NCBI RefSeq assembly: GCF_018350175.1
Contig: NC_058368.1
Coordinates: forward strand, 148,802,001 to 148,866,000
Length of the DNA: 64,000 bases
Direction of reading: 5' to 3'
Source of the DNA: Felis catus
Lineage: Eukaryota
Part shown: positions 1-13,126 of the stretch, one piece after another
Numbering within the stretch: the stretch's first letter is position 1
Layout: each line of letters begins with the position of its first letter
The notes under the pieces: generated by a model
Databases searched by the model: none
Seen by the model: the letters and a program-made list of their open reading frames with translations, nothing else
What the model was told of the DNA's origin: nothing
Program-made: the position numbers and the translations under genes

Positions 1-1183
1 AAAGAAAGAAAGAAAGAAAGAGAAAGAAAGAAAAATAAAAAAGTACCTGGTCCTATTTCCACCGGAGCTAAAGCGGATTCTTTGGCGCTCTCTATGACTT
101 GGTGCATGGGGGTGGAGTGGGGTGGCAGGGGTGATGTGGGTCCTCTGTTGAGGGAGGCCTGCTATGCTGGTTTACTGTCAAATCTGCCCTAGTAAAGAGG
201 CTCCTGCAGGGAACAGTGTGGTGTGGCTGGAGCCTCCGCTGGGGGCACTTTGTCGCTCACTGAAGATCTAAAGTGCTGGTGGGCGGGGGAAGGGCAGGAA
301 GCTGGCTTCGCCCGGTCTCTCATCCCCCAGGGAGGGGAGGTCACGCCCACCAACTGCCGTTCAGGAAGCCCTCACAGAAGTGTGAACAATCTCCCCTCCT
401 GTGTCCCAGGTCCCTGGGATTCCTTCCCTCAACCTGCGTGCCCACGCCAATGACACATTTGGCGCCACAGCTGTCCTGTGTTTTATCACCGGTGCGCGGC
501 TGGGATTCAAAACTGCAAATCTTAAACGACCCGGTAAGGCAGACTGCTCCCCTCCTCCGAAAGATAGCCTGGCGGCACGGTGCCTGGCGCCATTCTGTGC
601 CGGAAAAGCAGTTGCATGTCTGCGCAGGTGCCTGGAGTTGATTATGGTGAAGCAAAGGGAAAACTGCGACCAGGTTATCTGCCTTCTGCAGGAGCCTCTG
701 TCCCCTGCTGTTGAAATACACCTCCATCCAAATGCACTCCAAGAAGGGGAACTTTCTCTCCCGGCAGGACACAGGGCATCCCCACACCACACCGTGCATT
801 CCTCGGGCTCCTCCCCAGCAGCACCACTGCCTGCCTCCCTCAACTCCGTGGAATTTCACAGAAAACCCCAGAATCTGAGCTCCATTGTTGGCAAAAACTT
901 GCTATAGTAAGTTCTTCTCGATTCCCCGTCAATGGTTTTAGGGGAGGTTTTTTCCTTGTGTGAACCCAATCGGGCTGCTCTCTCTCCGCATCTGTCCGCT
1001 TTGTTTTCTCCCTCCCCTCCGCATGGCGGAGGCACATCTTCACAAGCGCCTACCTGTCACGTTCTCTCCCGCTAATTGTGCAGATTATTCTCTTAATCCT
1101 CAAACCGATTTCGTAGGTGTTCAGAACGATTTGGGATGACACAAACCTAGGATCTCCGGAGGCCCGCCATCTTAACTCCTCCT
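1..1183 (-). mobile_element. LINE-1 5'UTR/promoter (carnivore L1; element continues off the left edge of the window)
   Basis: Minus strand begins AGGAGGAGTTAAGATGGCGG, the typical L1 start with a YY1 motif (CCGCCATCTT at 1164-1173). It is GC/CpG-rich, and 1075-1183 resembles the 5' end of the full-length L1 at 25710-25846. Confidence 0.85.
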
Positions 1184-1199
1184 ATGCAGTATTTTCGAT

Positions 1200-3760
1200 G
1201 AGATGTCTGGCATTACCTATTTTTGCTCTTACTGTTTGTGTGCTTCTGTTTTTTAAAGTTTATGCAATCTTTTCTTTGCCCGTGTGATTTGAAAGTCTGT
1301 TGCCTATGTTTAGAAAAAGGGGTTTCAACATTTTGTGATTCATTTAGTGAACACATTTAATTGGCTGATACTATTTGAGTTCTGAATATTTGTACCTAAT
1401 CTTTCCTTTATTATTTAATATGTTTTTTATTATTTATGATAATTGGATCTATTTAGATTTATATTTTATATCTAATAATTTTTTCTGCTAATTTTCATAC
1501 CATTGATTTTTGCTTGTGGTTCAGGAAAATTTTCTCTGTTACCCTACTATACCTTAAAATTAAAAAAAAAAAAAGGATTCTTAGCACTTTAGACTTACAT
1601 GATAGGTGCAAAAATAATACAGTTTCACTATATCTTTCACCAAATTTTCCCTTATAAATATTTTCTTTGCATGATATAGGATGATTACCAAAACTAAGAA
1701 ACTACTTTGGGGCAGTACTATTAATTAAACAGTGGCATTTGTTCACATTTTATCTTTTTTTTCTCCCACTAATACCTTTCTGTTCCAGGAACCAATACAG
1801 AATTTCATCTTGCGTTTAGTTGTTGTATTTTATTATTCTCCTCCAATCTTTGAAGTATCCTCAGTCTTTTACTTTACTTCAAGACCTGGAACAATATATT
1901 TACAGTGTCCCTCGATCTGACTTTTCTGGAATTTGTTCATGAGTATATTGATGTTATACATTTTGGCAAAAGGTACCACAGAAGTGGTGTTCCTTTTCCA
2001 GTACACCCTCTTAGGATCTACATTATGTTGATAAATATTACTGGTGTTACCTTAGCTTGGTGAAGGGTGTGTCTGTCAGGATTCTACATTGTATAGTACC
2101 TATTATTCCTTTTGTAATTACTAAATAATGTTTTGAGAATATGAATACAACCTCTGTGCTTAAATGTTCATGCATTATCATGCATTAATGTTATCTTGCC
2201 TGGAGTAATTATCGCTGTACTGTTCTAATGATGATTTTGTATATCCTTTACTCTTTCTACATTTTTACTTCTATAAGGAAGTGATGTCCTTTTCTTCCCA
2301 TTTATTTGGTTATTTATTTATAGCTGTATGGACTCATGGACATTTATTTTATTCAGAGGTTATAATCCTATTCTGTCCTTCCTTATTTTGTTACTCAAGT
2401 TGTTCTAGCTTTGTCCATTGGGACTCCTTCAGGTTGGCTCCTGTGTTCTTTTAACATGCCCCCATCTATTTTTAATTACATATCTTAGGTTTCTGATACC
2501 AGTAGATGCTGTAGGCTCATCTTGTATTTTTCTTGCCACAGCCCTAAAGTCAACAACATCTCCAAGGAGCCCTGGTTCTTTTTATTGGAAACTTATATTT
2601 AGAAACTAAGACCTGGGCACCAGGTATGCTTATTGCTGCCACTTCTATTTCCTCTCAATACAGATCTAAGAATACGTATTTACTAATTCCTGCATTCACA
2701 CACATCTATAATTATGTATGCATGTATATATGTGTGTAATCTGTCATCTGTCTTCTATCACATGTCTGTACTGACATTTAATTCAATCGTCAGCACAAGG
2801 TTTATTCTATTTCTCATTTAGTTATTTATAAGTGTTTCCCCAATAGTGAGGAACCTTGCTTTCATATACAAAAATATTACTTGTTTAATATTTTTATAAA
2901 AATAAAGTGTTTTTATATTTGCTGAGCCATATCGAAGGGAGAACCACATCTATCAACCAGAATAGATTATTGGATACATTTCTTTGTATATATTTACCCA
3001 CACAATATTGAGGCAAAACACTGGTTTGCATAGTTAATTTAGAACAGCTTCTTTTTTCCTCATCAGTATGGTTATGATATTCAGTTGTAGTTCAGTTATT
3101 TTCTCACACTTCATCTATATTACCATCCTGATTTTTTTAAAAATTTATAGATATACATTAAAAATCACTCTTTCTGGTATATGGTTCCATGGGCTTTGAC
3201 GAATTCAGTGTTGTAAATTCACCACTACACTTTTATGCAGAACATGTCCATCATCCCACATATAGTGTCTTCCTATCAACCTCTCCTTCCCAAATCCCCA
3301 TACATACCACCAATTGATTTTATATCCTTATAGTTTTGCCTTTTCTGGAATGTCATATATTAATACATTCATCCAATATGTAGTATTTGATACCTATCTT
3401 TATTCATTTAGCTGAATACAAAAGGATATTTGCAAATTCTGTGATCTTCCAAGGATTTTATACTGCAAAACACACTACACTTGACATAAATCAATTCATC
3501 AACTCTTTTGGTTGAATTATTCTTACAGATGTCTGGTATATCTTCCCTAGATAAATATGTGATCTCACCTCCTCTCTCCCAGCAGGTTCCTGTCTTTCCT
3601 TAAATTTTAGGTCAATTCTCTGCAACCTCAGCTCTCCAATTGGTTTGAAAAAAATCATGCATCTGAAAGTTAATCTGTCCCTCTAACTTTATAAGGGTGA
3701 GAGCGACACTTCTTTTAGCTGTCTGTATCGCAGAGCAGAAGTCAGATATCTTATTAAAGT
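1200..3760 (-). mobile_element. Ancient degraded L1M (L1MC/MD/ME-like) 3' fragments
   Basis: T-rich with L1M 3'-end-like motifs, e.g. TTTGCCTTTTCTGGAATGTCATATA near 3335 and CCTGGTTCTTTTTATTGGA near 2571. Boundaries approximate. Confidence 0.55.
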
Positions 3761-3766
3761 ATTTCT

Positions 3767-3985
3767 GGGGCTCCTGGGTGGCTCAGTCAATTAAGCATCT
3801 GACTTTGGCTCAGGTCATATTCTGGTAGTTCGTTTGCTTCAGCCCCACATCAGGCTTTGTGCTGACAGCTCAAAACCTGCAGCCTGCTTTGGATTCTGTG
3901 TATCCCTCTCTCTTTGCCCCTCCCTCACTTGAATTCTGTCTCTTTCTCAAAAATAAATAAACATTAAAAAATTTTTTTAATAAAA
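3767..3985 (+). mobile_element. Can-SINE (SINEC, tRNA-derived)
   Basis: GGGGCTCCTGGGTGGCTCAG head, CT-rich tract, AATAAA and A tail; degenerate TSD AAAGTATTTCT/AAAATATTTTT. Confidence 0.95.
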
Positions 3986-4741
3986 AATAAAATATTTTTG
4001 ATATCCAGAAATCCTTCTTTTCACAGATTTTTTTTCTTTTACTTTTGTGCAACAATCTGATCTTGCTTTAAGGATGTGCTGTCTTCTCTAATCTAAAAAT
4101 ATTGTTAAGAAGTTTAAAGATTTGATCATATTTTCTAGATTTCTCTTTTTTCCACTGTCATCTGTTCTATTTGTTCATCTTACACATTCTATCTTGTTTT
4201 ATTTTTCTTTACTGCTAATTGTTTAATTTGCATCTCTGTTGATGAATGGAGGTCAGGATGATTCATGAAAGGGATTATAATTGTACTTCTAGTCTGTTTC
4301 CCCATTAGTCTTCTCCTTGGAAGTTTAGACCTACCAATGTACATATTTCAGAAAAGGTTTTACTTAAGCACATAAATGGAAAGGTTCCAATAGGCTATCA
4401 CCTCCTCCAAAGCCAAAGTAAGACGAGATGTATTCTGAAGTATTGACCTGTATACTTAGAGCCTTTCCTATTCCCTAGTGGATCTTCACTTTTTTGAAAA
4501 AAAAATCACTTTATTTTTAATGAGGAAACCACATTTCACCAAGCAGATGGTAAGACACATCTTCTGTGCCTTGTAACTCTAAATTTACTTGGGTTCCCCA
4601 AGCAAAATGGGCTTTATTCCTGTTGGAGATTTTCCTGTGTCTATATTGTTCTGTGATTTTCTCTAGTTTTATTTATTTGTTTCCTCCATCTCATCTACTT
4701 TATAGTATATAGAGATTTATTGTAAAAGCCTTGTTCAGGTG

Positions 4742-5090
4742 TGGTATGGTATCAATGATTGTGTCACCCCACCTGAGTAACATGTTGAAACCTAATCCCC
4801 AAGATGATATTATTAGGAAGTGAAGCCTTTGGGAGGTAATTAGGTCACGAGAGCTGGGCCCTTATAAATGGTATTAGTGTCCTTATAAAAGAGATCTAGA
4901 GAAATCCTTTGTCCCTTCAATCATGTGAGGTTATAATGGAAATATAAAAATCGAGGCAGGGGGCCCTTATTAGAATGAAGCTGTTGGTGCCATGGTCTTC
5001 TTAGCCTCCAGAACTATGAGACATAAACGGTTGTTGTTTATAAGCTACTCAGTTGATGGTATTTTCTGTTATAGCAGCCTGACAAAGGCA
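4742..5090 (+). mobile_element. MaLR solo LTR (MLT1A-like)
   Basis: GCCTTTGGGAGGTAATTAGGTCA...ATTAGTGTCCTTATAAAAGAG...GCCTCCAGAACTATGAGA...TGTTATAGCAGCC, diagnostic of MLT1A/A0. Confidence 0.85.
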
Positions 5091-5994
5091 AGGTAATTTT
5101 CTAATATTCTCAGAGTTTTTTCTGAATTTATTTCCCTTTCTATTTTGTGACCATTTACTGTAATTTCTGTGGTATTTTAGGGAGGAAACAACCTTAAGTA
5201 TAATTGTCAGACCACTGTCTTGAACTAAAATTTCTTATTGAATTTTTAAAGCTGTTATTTCTCCTTCAAAAAAGCAAATTTAATTATTTTAACAGGCAGG
5301 AAAAAAATGTGTCAAGTAATATTTGAAGTTCTGGTTCCAACTTATAAATTACATTTATAAAATATTCATATTACATTTGTCTTTTCAAGAATAAAATAAA
5401 TTTTCTCAAAAATATAGGATAGTCATAACAAGATGTTATATGGATACTGTGCAGAGGAGAAAAAATAGTCTCTATTTAAACATCATGTAAGGGTTCTCTT
5501 GAAATGTATTTTTATGGAACCTTTTACCTCACAATGGAATTTTATAGGAAAGTGATCCTTTCATCTTCTCTACAAGGGTACTTAGGTACAGAAGGGATAA
5601 ATAGCATCTGCTGAGTATAGTCTAAGTAAAATGGAGTTCAAATAAAATGCTCAAGAAACCGAGGGTTTAATAAGGACCATCACACTAGTCAAATAAAGTC
5701 AGTAAACAAAATAACAACAGCAGGAGCAACAACAGTGAGAAAACCATTACAGCTTTAAAATTTTGCCTTTAAAGATGTTAGAAGCTGAAAAAATAGCTAT
5801 ACAGAATGAGAATCTAGTGTTTCCATCTGTATTTGTCTTGTGAAATTAAACAGTATCCAGAGCTTAACAGTACCTTTTTTTTGTTCCATTTTATTTGTGG
5901 TAACCAATATGTCTTTTGTTTGTTTTAGTAGAAAGACTAAGCTCCGCTTGACAGCCGTCTTATGAAATTTTATTCTTTTTTTTTCTTTATAAGC

Positions 5995-6160
5995 TTATAG
6001 CATTATTTTATAAGATTTAGTTATTTAAGCAGGAATTATTTCTTTTTTTTAATTTGAACTAAATTTATAGCATTATTTTATAAGATTTAGTTATTTAATT
6101 AGGAATTATTTCTTTTTTTTAATTTGAACTAAATTTATTTAATTTGAACTAAATTTAATT
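5995..6160. repeat. 70-bp tandem duplication plus a nested 20-bp duplication
   Basis: 5995-6064 is repeated at 6065-6134 with 2 mismatches; AATTTGAACTAAATTTA recurs at 6121 and 6141. Confidence 0.95.
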
Positions 6161-6379
6161 TGCAAATTCTCTTTGCAATATCTAATAAGTACTCTTCTCA
6201 TCATAACTACTCTGATAACTCTTACTTCTATTATGAGGGAAATCCGATCTAGCAAAATTTTATACATGCACTTCCAACTTTCTCATAAGGGTAGGGAGTA
6301 CTAATTCAAAAGAAGGAGAAAGTGAAGGAAACGGAGAAGGAGGAGAAAGAGAAGTACATTGGGATGAATAACCAATAGT

Positions 6380-6868
6380 AGAGAAATTGGTTGCATATCT
6401 ATAAACCAATAATGAAGCAGCAGAATGAGAAATCAAGGAAACAATCCATTTACAATTACACCAAAAACCATAAGGTAACTAGGAATAAACCTAACCAAAG
6501 ATATAAAAGATCTGTACTCTGAAAACTATAGAAAGCTTATGAAAGAAATTGAAGAAGACGCAAAGAAATGGAAAAATATTTCATGCTTCTGGATTGGAAG
6601 AAAAAATATTGTTAAACGATCTATACTACCCAAAGCAATCTACACATTGAATGCAATCCCTATCAAAATAACACCAGCATTCTTCACAGAGCTAGGACAA
6701 ACAATCCTAAAATTTGTATGGAACCAGAAAAGATCCTGAAAAGCCAAAGCAATGTTGAAAAAGAAAACGAAAGCTGGAAGCATCACAATTCCAGACTTGA
6801 AGCTATATTACAAAGCTGTAATCATCAAGACAGTATGGTATTGGCACAAAAACAGACACTCAGATCAA
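6380..6868 (+). mobile_element. L1 ORF2 internal fragment, truncated at both ends
   Basis: ORF 6539-6739 ([21 protein letters not shown]...ILPKAIY) is homologous to ORF2 of the other L1s in the window; no poly(A). Confidence 0.9.
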
Positions 6869-7214
6869 GCAACAAGGGAAAACATACATAAATGTGAGAG
6901 AACTCCTTATTATGCCTTAAGTCAGTGAAAATGCTAAAATATTTTCTCCCCTTGCTATTACTATGGGATGATAAATCTCATATAAACTGAACTAAAGAAG
7001 ATTCAGTGGACATTTCTCTTGGAAATCTGATGGACCAGAGGGGCTACAATACTGACTGACAAAGTAGAGATAAACTTGCTTAGACCTTCATCATCATCCT
7101 GTGGTCAAAATTAGGGGTAGATTTCCTTCTGGGTTTTCCAGGCCAGTAGCACACATGAGATGCCAAAACAGATTGATATTATCAAGATATGAAACAAAAT
7201 TAATTATAACAAAT

Positions 7215-8850
7215 TAACTAGAACAAATAATCTTAAAATTTTTATTGAACCACAAAAGACTCCAAATAATCTTAAAAAAGAACAAAACCCAAGGTATCAT
7301 AACCCCAGATTCAAGATATACTACAAAGATATAGCAGTCAAAATGGTATGGTACCAACACAAAAATAAAAATAGCTCAATGAAACAGGATAAAGAGACCA
7401 GAAGTAAATCCATGCTTAAATGGTCAATTAATATACAACAAAGGAGGCTAGAAAAAACAATGGGAAAAAGAAAGTTTCCTCGATAAACGGTGCTGGGAAC
7501 ACATGACAGCTATATGCAAAAGAATGAAACGACCTCTTACTCAAGCCACACACACACAAAAAAAAAATCCAAATAAATTAAAGACCTAAATATGAGACTT
7601 AAAAACATAAAACTTCTTAAAGAAAATATAGGCAGTAGTCTCTTGGACATCTGCCTTAGCAACATTGTTTCAGATTTGTCTCCTCAGGCAAAGGAAACAA
7701 GTCAAAAATAACCTATTGGGAGTATACCAAAATAAAAAGCTTTTGCACAGCAGAGGAAACAATATATAAAATGAAAAGCCAACTACTGTACTGGAAAAGA
7801 CATTTGCAAAACATGCATCCAGTTAGGAGTTAGCATCCAAAATATAGAAAGGTCTCATACAACTCAACACCAAAAATGCAAATAATCCAATTAAAAAATG
7901 GGCAACGGTCCTTAATAGACACTTTTCCAAAGAAGAAATATGGATGACCAAGAGACATATGAAAAGATGCTCACCATCACTAATCACCAGGGAAATGCAA
8001 ATCAAAACCACAATGAGATATCACCTCACATGAGTCAGAATGTCTAGTATCAAAAAGACAAGAAATAGCAAGTGTTGGTGAGGATGTTAGAAAAGGGAAT
8101 AGTTGTGCACTGTTGATCAGAAGGTAAAATGATTCAACCACTGTGGAAAACAGTGTGGAGGGTCCTCAAAAAATTAAAAAAAAATAGAACTACCATATGC
8201 GTCAATAATTCCACTACTGGGTATTTATCTGAAGAAAATGAAAACACCAATTTGAAGAGATACATGTACCTCTATGTTCATTAGTATTTACAATAGACAA
8301 GACATGGAATCAACCTAAGTGCCCGTTGATAGATGAATGGATAAAGATGTGATGTGTGTGTATTTATATTTATATACAATGCAATATTACTGAGCCATAA
8401 AAAAATTAAGATTTTTGCCATTTGTGACAATGTAGATGAACCAGGAGGGTATTATGCTAAGTAAAATAAGTCAGACAAAGACAAATACCGTCTAATTTCA
8501 TTTATGTGTGAAACCTAAAAAACAGAACAAACGAAATCAGAAACAGGCTCATAAATATAGAGAACAAATGTGGTTGCCAGAGGGGATATGGCCAGGGAGA
8601 TTGGAAAAATAGGTGAAGGGAATGAAGAGGTACAAACTTCTAGTTAGAGAATAAATAGGTCATGAGGAGGAAAAGTACAGCACAGAGAATATAGTCATTA
8701 ATATTGTAATAATGTATGGTGACAGATGGTAACTGTACTTATCATAATGATCATTGCATACTGTATAGAACTGTCAAATCACTATATTGTACAATTAAAA
8801 CTAACATAATTATGTATGTCAACTATACTTCAATAATTTTTTTAAAAAGC
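7215..8850 (+). mobile_element. 5'-truncated older L1 (L1_Carn/L1MA-like), ORF2 3' half plus 3'UTR
   Basis: ORF2 motifs (AAAAGATGCTCACCATCACTAATC, CCACTGTGGAAAACAGTGTGGAG) and a 3'UTR ending TATGTCAACTATACTTCAAT. Confidence 0.9.
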
Positions 8851-9723
8851 ACAACCATCTTCCATAAATGCTTTTTCAAAGAATATAATATGTGGTTCAG
8901 ATATTTCTTATCTTTTAAAATGCTTGGAAGTGTGTATAGTCATTAAATTGCAGTTTATAGGTTTTTAGATCTTAAAACGACGGACATCAAATTAAATTTC
9001 AGTTTATTTTGCAGTCTTTTTAAGTATACTGGATTACAAAAATCAAGAATTCTCTCATAACACAGCAACAACATAAAAAGGATAAAAATGCTAAAACAAA
9101 AAAGAGACCTGGAACATAGACCCAGTTGGCTCCACATATAAATATATAAGTTCTAGAGGAGACAAATCGTATTGATGAAATGAATAACAGAAGACATTTT
9201 TTAGTAGCTGGAAGAGAAGTGATATTCTCTATTGAAAAGTTTATTGAGTTTGAATGTAGAAAATGCCTGGACATATTCTTGTAGAATTCCTGTATTCTAA
9301 GGCTAAAGAGAATACCATGCAATGTGACAAGATTAAAAAAACTTCCAAGGAAAAGAAATATGAGAATGTCATCTGAGTTCTTACAGCAATGCTAAAGTCT
9401 GGAAAGTGAAACAAGAGTATTAATAGCTTATTAAAAGAAAAATAAAAGCATTATAAAAACAAAACTAGATTAAGTTTTCAAGAAATCAATAAAATTTGAA
9501 TATAAAGTAGAAAATTAAAAATTAGTCTCCTCTTCGTCCTCTTCTCTCCCTTTTCCCCTCCCCACTCACTCTTAGATCAGCTTATCTCCACATATACTGC
9601 ATTCTAGCTACATAGAACTAAAAGGCCATTTCCAAATATTCCATGATTCTACCTTTCTATCTTATACCTAGAATTCTCTTTGTCCCTTTCTCTGCCTGGA
9701 AAACTCTTTTAAAACTTGTTCTA

Positions 9724-12376
9724 GAAAGGACAGGGCTACATGGTGGAGAAGTAGGGGGATCCATACCTCTCAAACAAAGAAGTGCTGAAGCCAAAGGACT
9801 TTGAAACCTGGAGTCTGGGAGGAAAAGAGACCAAAAACTTGCAGACTCATTGTATGAAGCCAGCATTATTTTGATTCGCAAACTAGATGGAGACCCAGCA
9901 AAAAGAGAACTATAGGAAAATATCCCTGATGAATATGGATGCAAAAATTATCAATAAGAAACAAGAAATCGAATTCAACAGCGTATAAAAAGAATTATTC
10001 ACCATGATCAAGTGGGATTCATCCCTGGGCTGCAGGGCTGGTTCATTATTCACAAATCCATCATTGTGATACATCACATTAATAAAAGTACAGATAAGAA
10101 CCATATGATCCTGTCAATCGATGCAGAAAAAGCATTTGACAAAGCACAGCATCCTTTCTTAATAAAACCCTCAAGAAAGTCGGGAAAAGGAACATACTTA
10201 AACATCATAAAAGCCATTTATGAAAAGCCCACAGCTAATATACTCAATGAGGAAAAACTGAGAGCCTTCCCCCTGAGATCAGGAACATGACAGGGATGTT
10301 CACTCTCCCTGCTGTTGTTTAACATAGTGTTGCAAGTCCTAGCATCAGCAATCAGACAACAAAATGAAATCAAAGGCATCAAAATTAGCAAAGATGAAGT
10401 GAAACTTTCACTATTCACAGATGACATGATACTCTACATGGAAAACCTGACAGACTACCAAAAGTCTGCTAGAACTGATATGTGAATTCAGGCAAGTTGC
10501 AGGTTACGAAATCAATGTACAGAAATATGTTGCATTTTTATACACCAATAATGAAGCAACAGAAAGAGAAATAAAGAATCTGATCCCATTGACAATTGCA
10601 CCAAGAATCATAAAATCCCTAGGAATAAGTCTAACTGAAGATGTGAAAGATCTGTATGTTGAAAATTATAGAAAGCTTATGAAGGAAATTGAAGAAGATA
10701 CAAATAAATGGAAAAACATTCCCTGCTCATGTATTGTTAAAATCTCAATACTACCCAAAGCAATCTACACATTCAATGCAATCCCAATCAAAATTGCGCC
10801 AGCATTCTTCTCGAAGCTAAAACAAGCAATCATAAGATTTGAATGAAACCACAAAAGACCCCAAATAGCCAAAGAAATGTTGAAGAAGAAAATCAAGCGG
10901 GAGGCATCACAATCCCAGATTTTAACCTCTACTACAAAGCTGTAATCATCAAGACAGTATGGTATGGTATTGGCACAAAAACAGAAACATAGACCAATGG
11001 AATAGAATAGAGAACCCAGAATTGGACCCACAGATATATGTCCAACTAATCTTTGACAAAGCAGGAAAGAGTATCCAATGGAAAAAAGACAATCTGTTTA
11101 GCAAACGGTGCTGGGAGAACTGGACAGCAACATGCAGAAGAATAAAACTAAACGACTTTCTTCCACCTTTCACAAAAATAAACTCAAAATGGATAAAGGA
11201 CCTGAATGTGAGACAGGAAACCATCAAAACCCTAGATGAGGAAACAGGCAACAACCTCTTTGACCTCAGCTGCAGCACTTTCTTACTCCACACATCTTCA
11301 AAGGCAAGGGAATTAAAAGCAAATATGAACTACTGGAACCTCGTAAAGTTAAAAAGCTTCAGCACTGCAAAAGAATCAATCAACAAAACTAGAAGGCAAC
11401 CAATGGAATGGGAAAAGACATTTAAAAATGACAAATCGGATAAAGGGCTAGTATCCAAAACCTATAAAGAACTCACCAAACTCCACACCCGAAAAACAAA
11501 TAATCCAGCAAAGAAATGGGCAGAAAACATGAATAGATACTTCTCTAAAGAAGACATCCAAATGGCCAACAGGCACATGAAAAGATGCTCAACGTCGCTC
11601 CTCATCAGGGAAATACAAATCAAAACCACACTGAGATACTACCTCACACCAGTCAGAGTGGCTAAAATGAACAAATCAGGAGACTATAGATGCTGGAGAG
11701 GATGTGGAGAAACCGGAACCCTCTTGCACTGTTGGTGGGAATGCAAACTGGTGCAGCCACTCTGGAAAACAGTGTGGAAGTTCCTCAAAAAATTAAAAAC
11801 AGATCTACCCTATGACCCAGCAATAGCACTGCTAGGAATTTACCCAAGGGACACAGGAGTGCTGATGCATAGGGGCACTTGTACCCCAATGTTTATAGCA
11901 GCACTTTCAACAATAGCCAAATTATGGAAAGAACCTAAATGTCCATCAACTGACGAATGGATAAAGAAATTGTGGTTTATGTATACAATGGAATACTACT
12001 TGGCAATGTGAAAGAATGAAATCTGGCCATTTGTAGCAACATGGATTGAACTGGAGAGTATTATGCTAAGTGAAATAGTCAGGCAGAGAAACACAGATAC
12101 CATATGTTTTCACTCATATGTGGATCCTGAGAAATTTAACAGAGAACCATGGGGGAGGAGAAGAGGGGGGGGAAAGTTACAGAGAGGTAGGGAGGCAAAC
12201 CATAAGAGACTTAAATGCTGAGAACAAACTGAGGGTTGATGGGGGGTGGGGGAGAGGGCAAAGTGGGTGATGGGCATTGAGGAGGACACCTGTTGGGATG
12301 AGCACTGGGTGTTGTATGAAGAGCAATCTGACAATAAATTATATTTAATATAAAAAATAAAAAGAAAAAAATAATT
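9724..12376 (+). mobile_element. Felid L1: ~110-nt 5'-end-like segment joined to the ORF2 RT-to-C-terminal region, 3'UTR and A tail
   Basis: ORF2 homology from about 9833 ([28 protein letters not shown]-encoding region near 10410); G-rich 3'UTR; AATAAA at 12333; A-rich tail. Confidence 0.92.
10959..12011 (+). pseudogene. L1 ORF2p C-terminal remnant (350 codons) including the Cys-rich motif
   Basis: [17 protein letters not shown]...[21 protein letters not shown]. The upstream frame is broken, including by a 5-bp GTATG duplication near 10957-10967. Confidence 0.9.
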
Positions 12377-12621
12377 AAAAATTTATCAAGGAAATTCAAG
12401 AAAATAAATCATAAATAGTAATATCTAGTGTGTATGTCTTAATTTAATATTAAAATTGTGAAACTATATAATAGTTGACATTATAAAATAACAAAAGACT
12501 CATTTTGCAAAAAAAACAATGAAAGTATGTAAGATAAAAATTAATAGAAATACAATGATAACTTGCTAATCATGTTCTTATAGAGGGAAAGTCAAATCTT
12601 GCTCATGAAGAAGCGAACTGA

Positions 12622-12842
12622 GGGGCACCTGGGTGGCTCAGTCCGTTAAGTCTGCTACTTTGGCTCAGGTCAGTGTCTCATAGTTCATGAGTTCGAGCCC
12701 CACGTCGGCCTCTGTGCTGACAGCTCAGAGCCTGGAGCCTACTTTGGAGTCTGTGTCTCCCTCTGTTTCTGTCCCTCCCCTGCTCGTGCTCTGTCTCTCG
12801 TTGTCTCTCAAAAATAATAAATAAACATTTAAAAAATTGCAA
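12622..12842 (+). mobile_element. Can-SINE
   Basis: GGGGCACCTGGGTGGCTCAG head; degenerate TSD AAGAAGCGAACTGA/AAAAAGCAGACTGA. Confidence 0.95.
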
Positions 12843-13126
12843 AAAAAGCAGACTGATATAACAGAAAAAAAATTCAGAGTACTGAAGAATTGAAAAATAC
12901 CTATCATTCTCTGTTATTTAGTTGAATATATGTGATGAAAAAAATATTACAAGATCAATTGTGTACTGGCAGGCAGAAAGAAAAATAAATATTCCAAAAA
13001 CTAGATATATTCTCTGATCAAATGCAAACACAAATGTGGCCAAAGAATCAATGTAATTTGTGAAATTAATAAATATATGTCCAGAAAAACTTTGTATATA
13101 AAGTGAAGCAGAAGTGAAACTAAGAT

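Noticed and set aside
223..1043. Cluster of overlapping 67-172 aa ORFs
   Set aside because: They lie in a GC-rich L1 5'UTR and encode no recognisable protein.
9050..9500. Possible HAL1/L1M ORF1 remnant
   Set aside because: Too degraded to call by eye.
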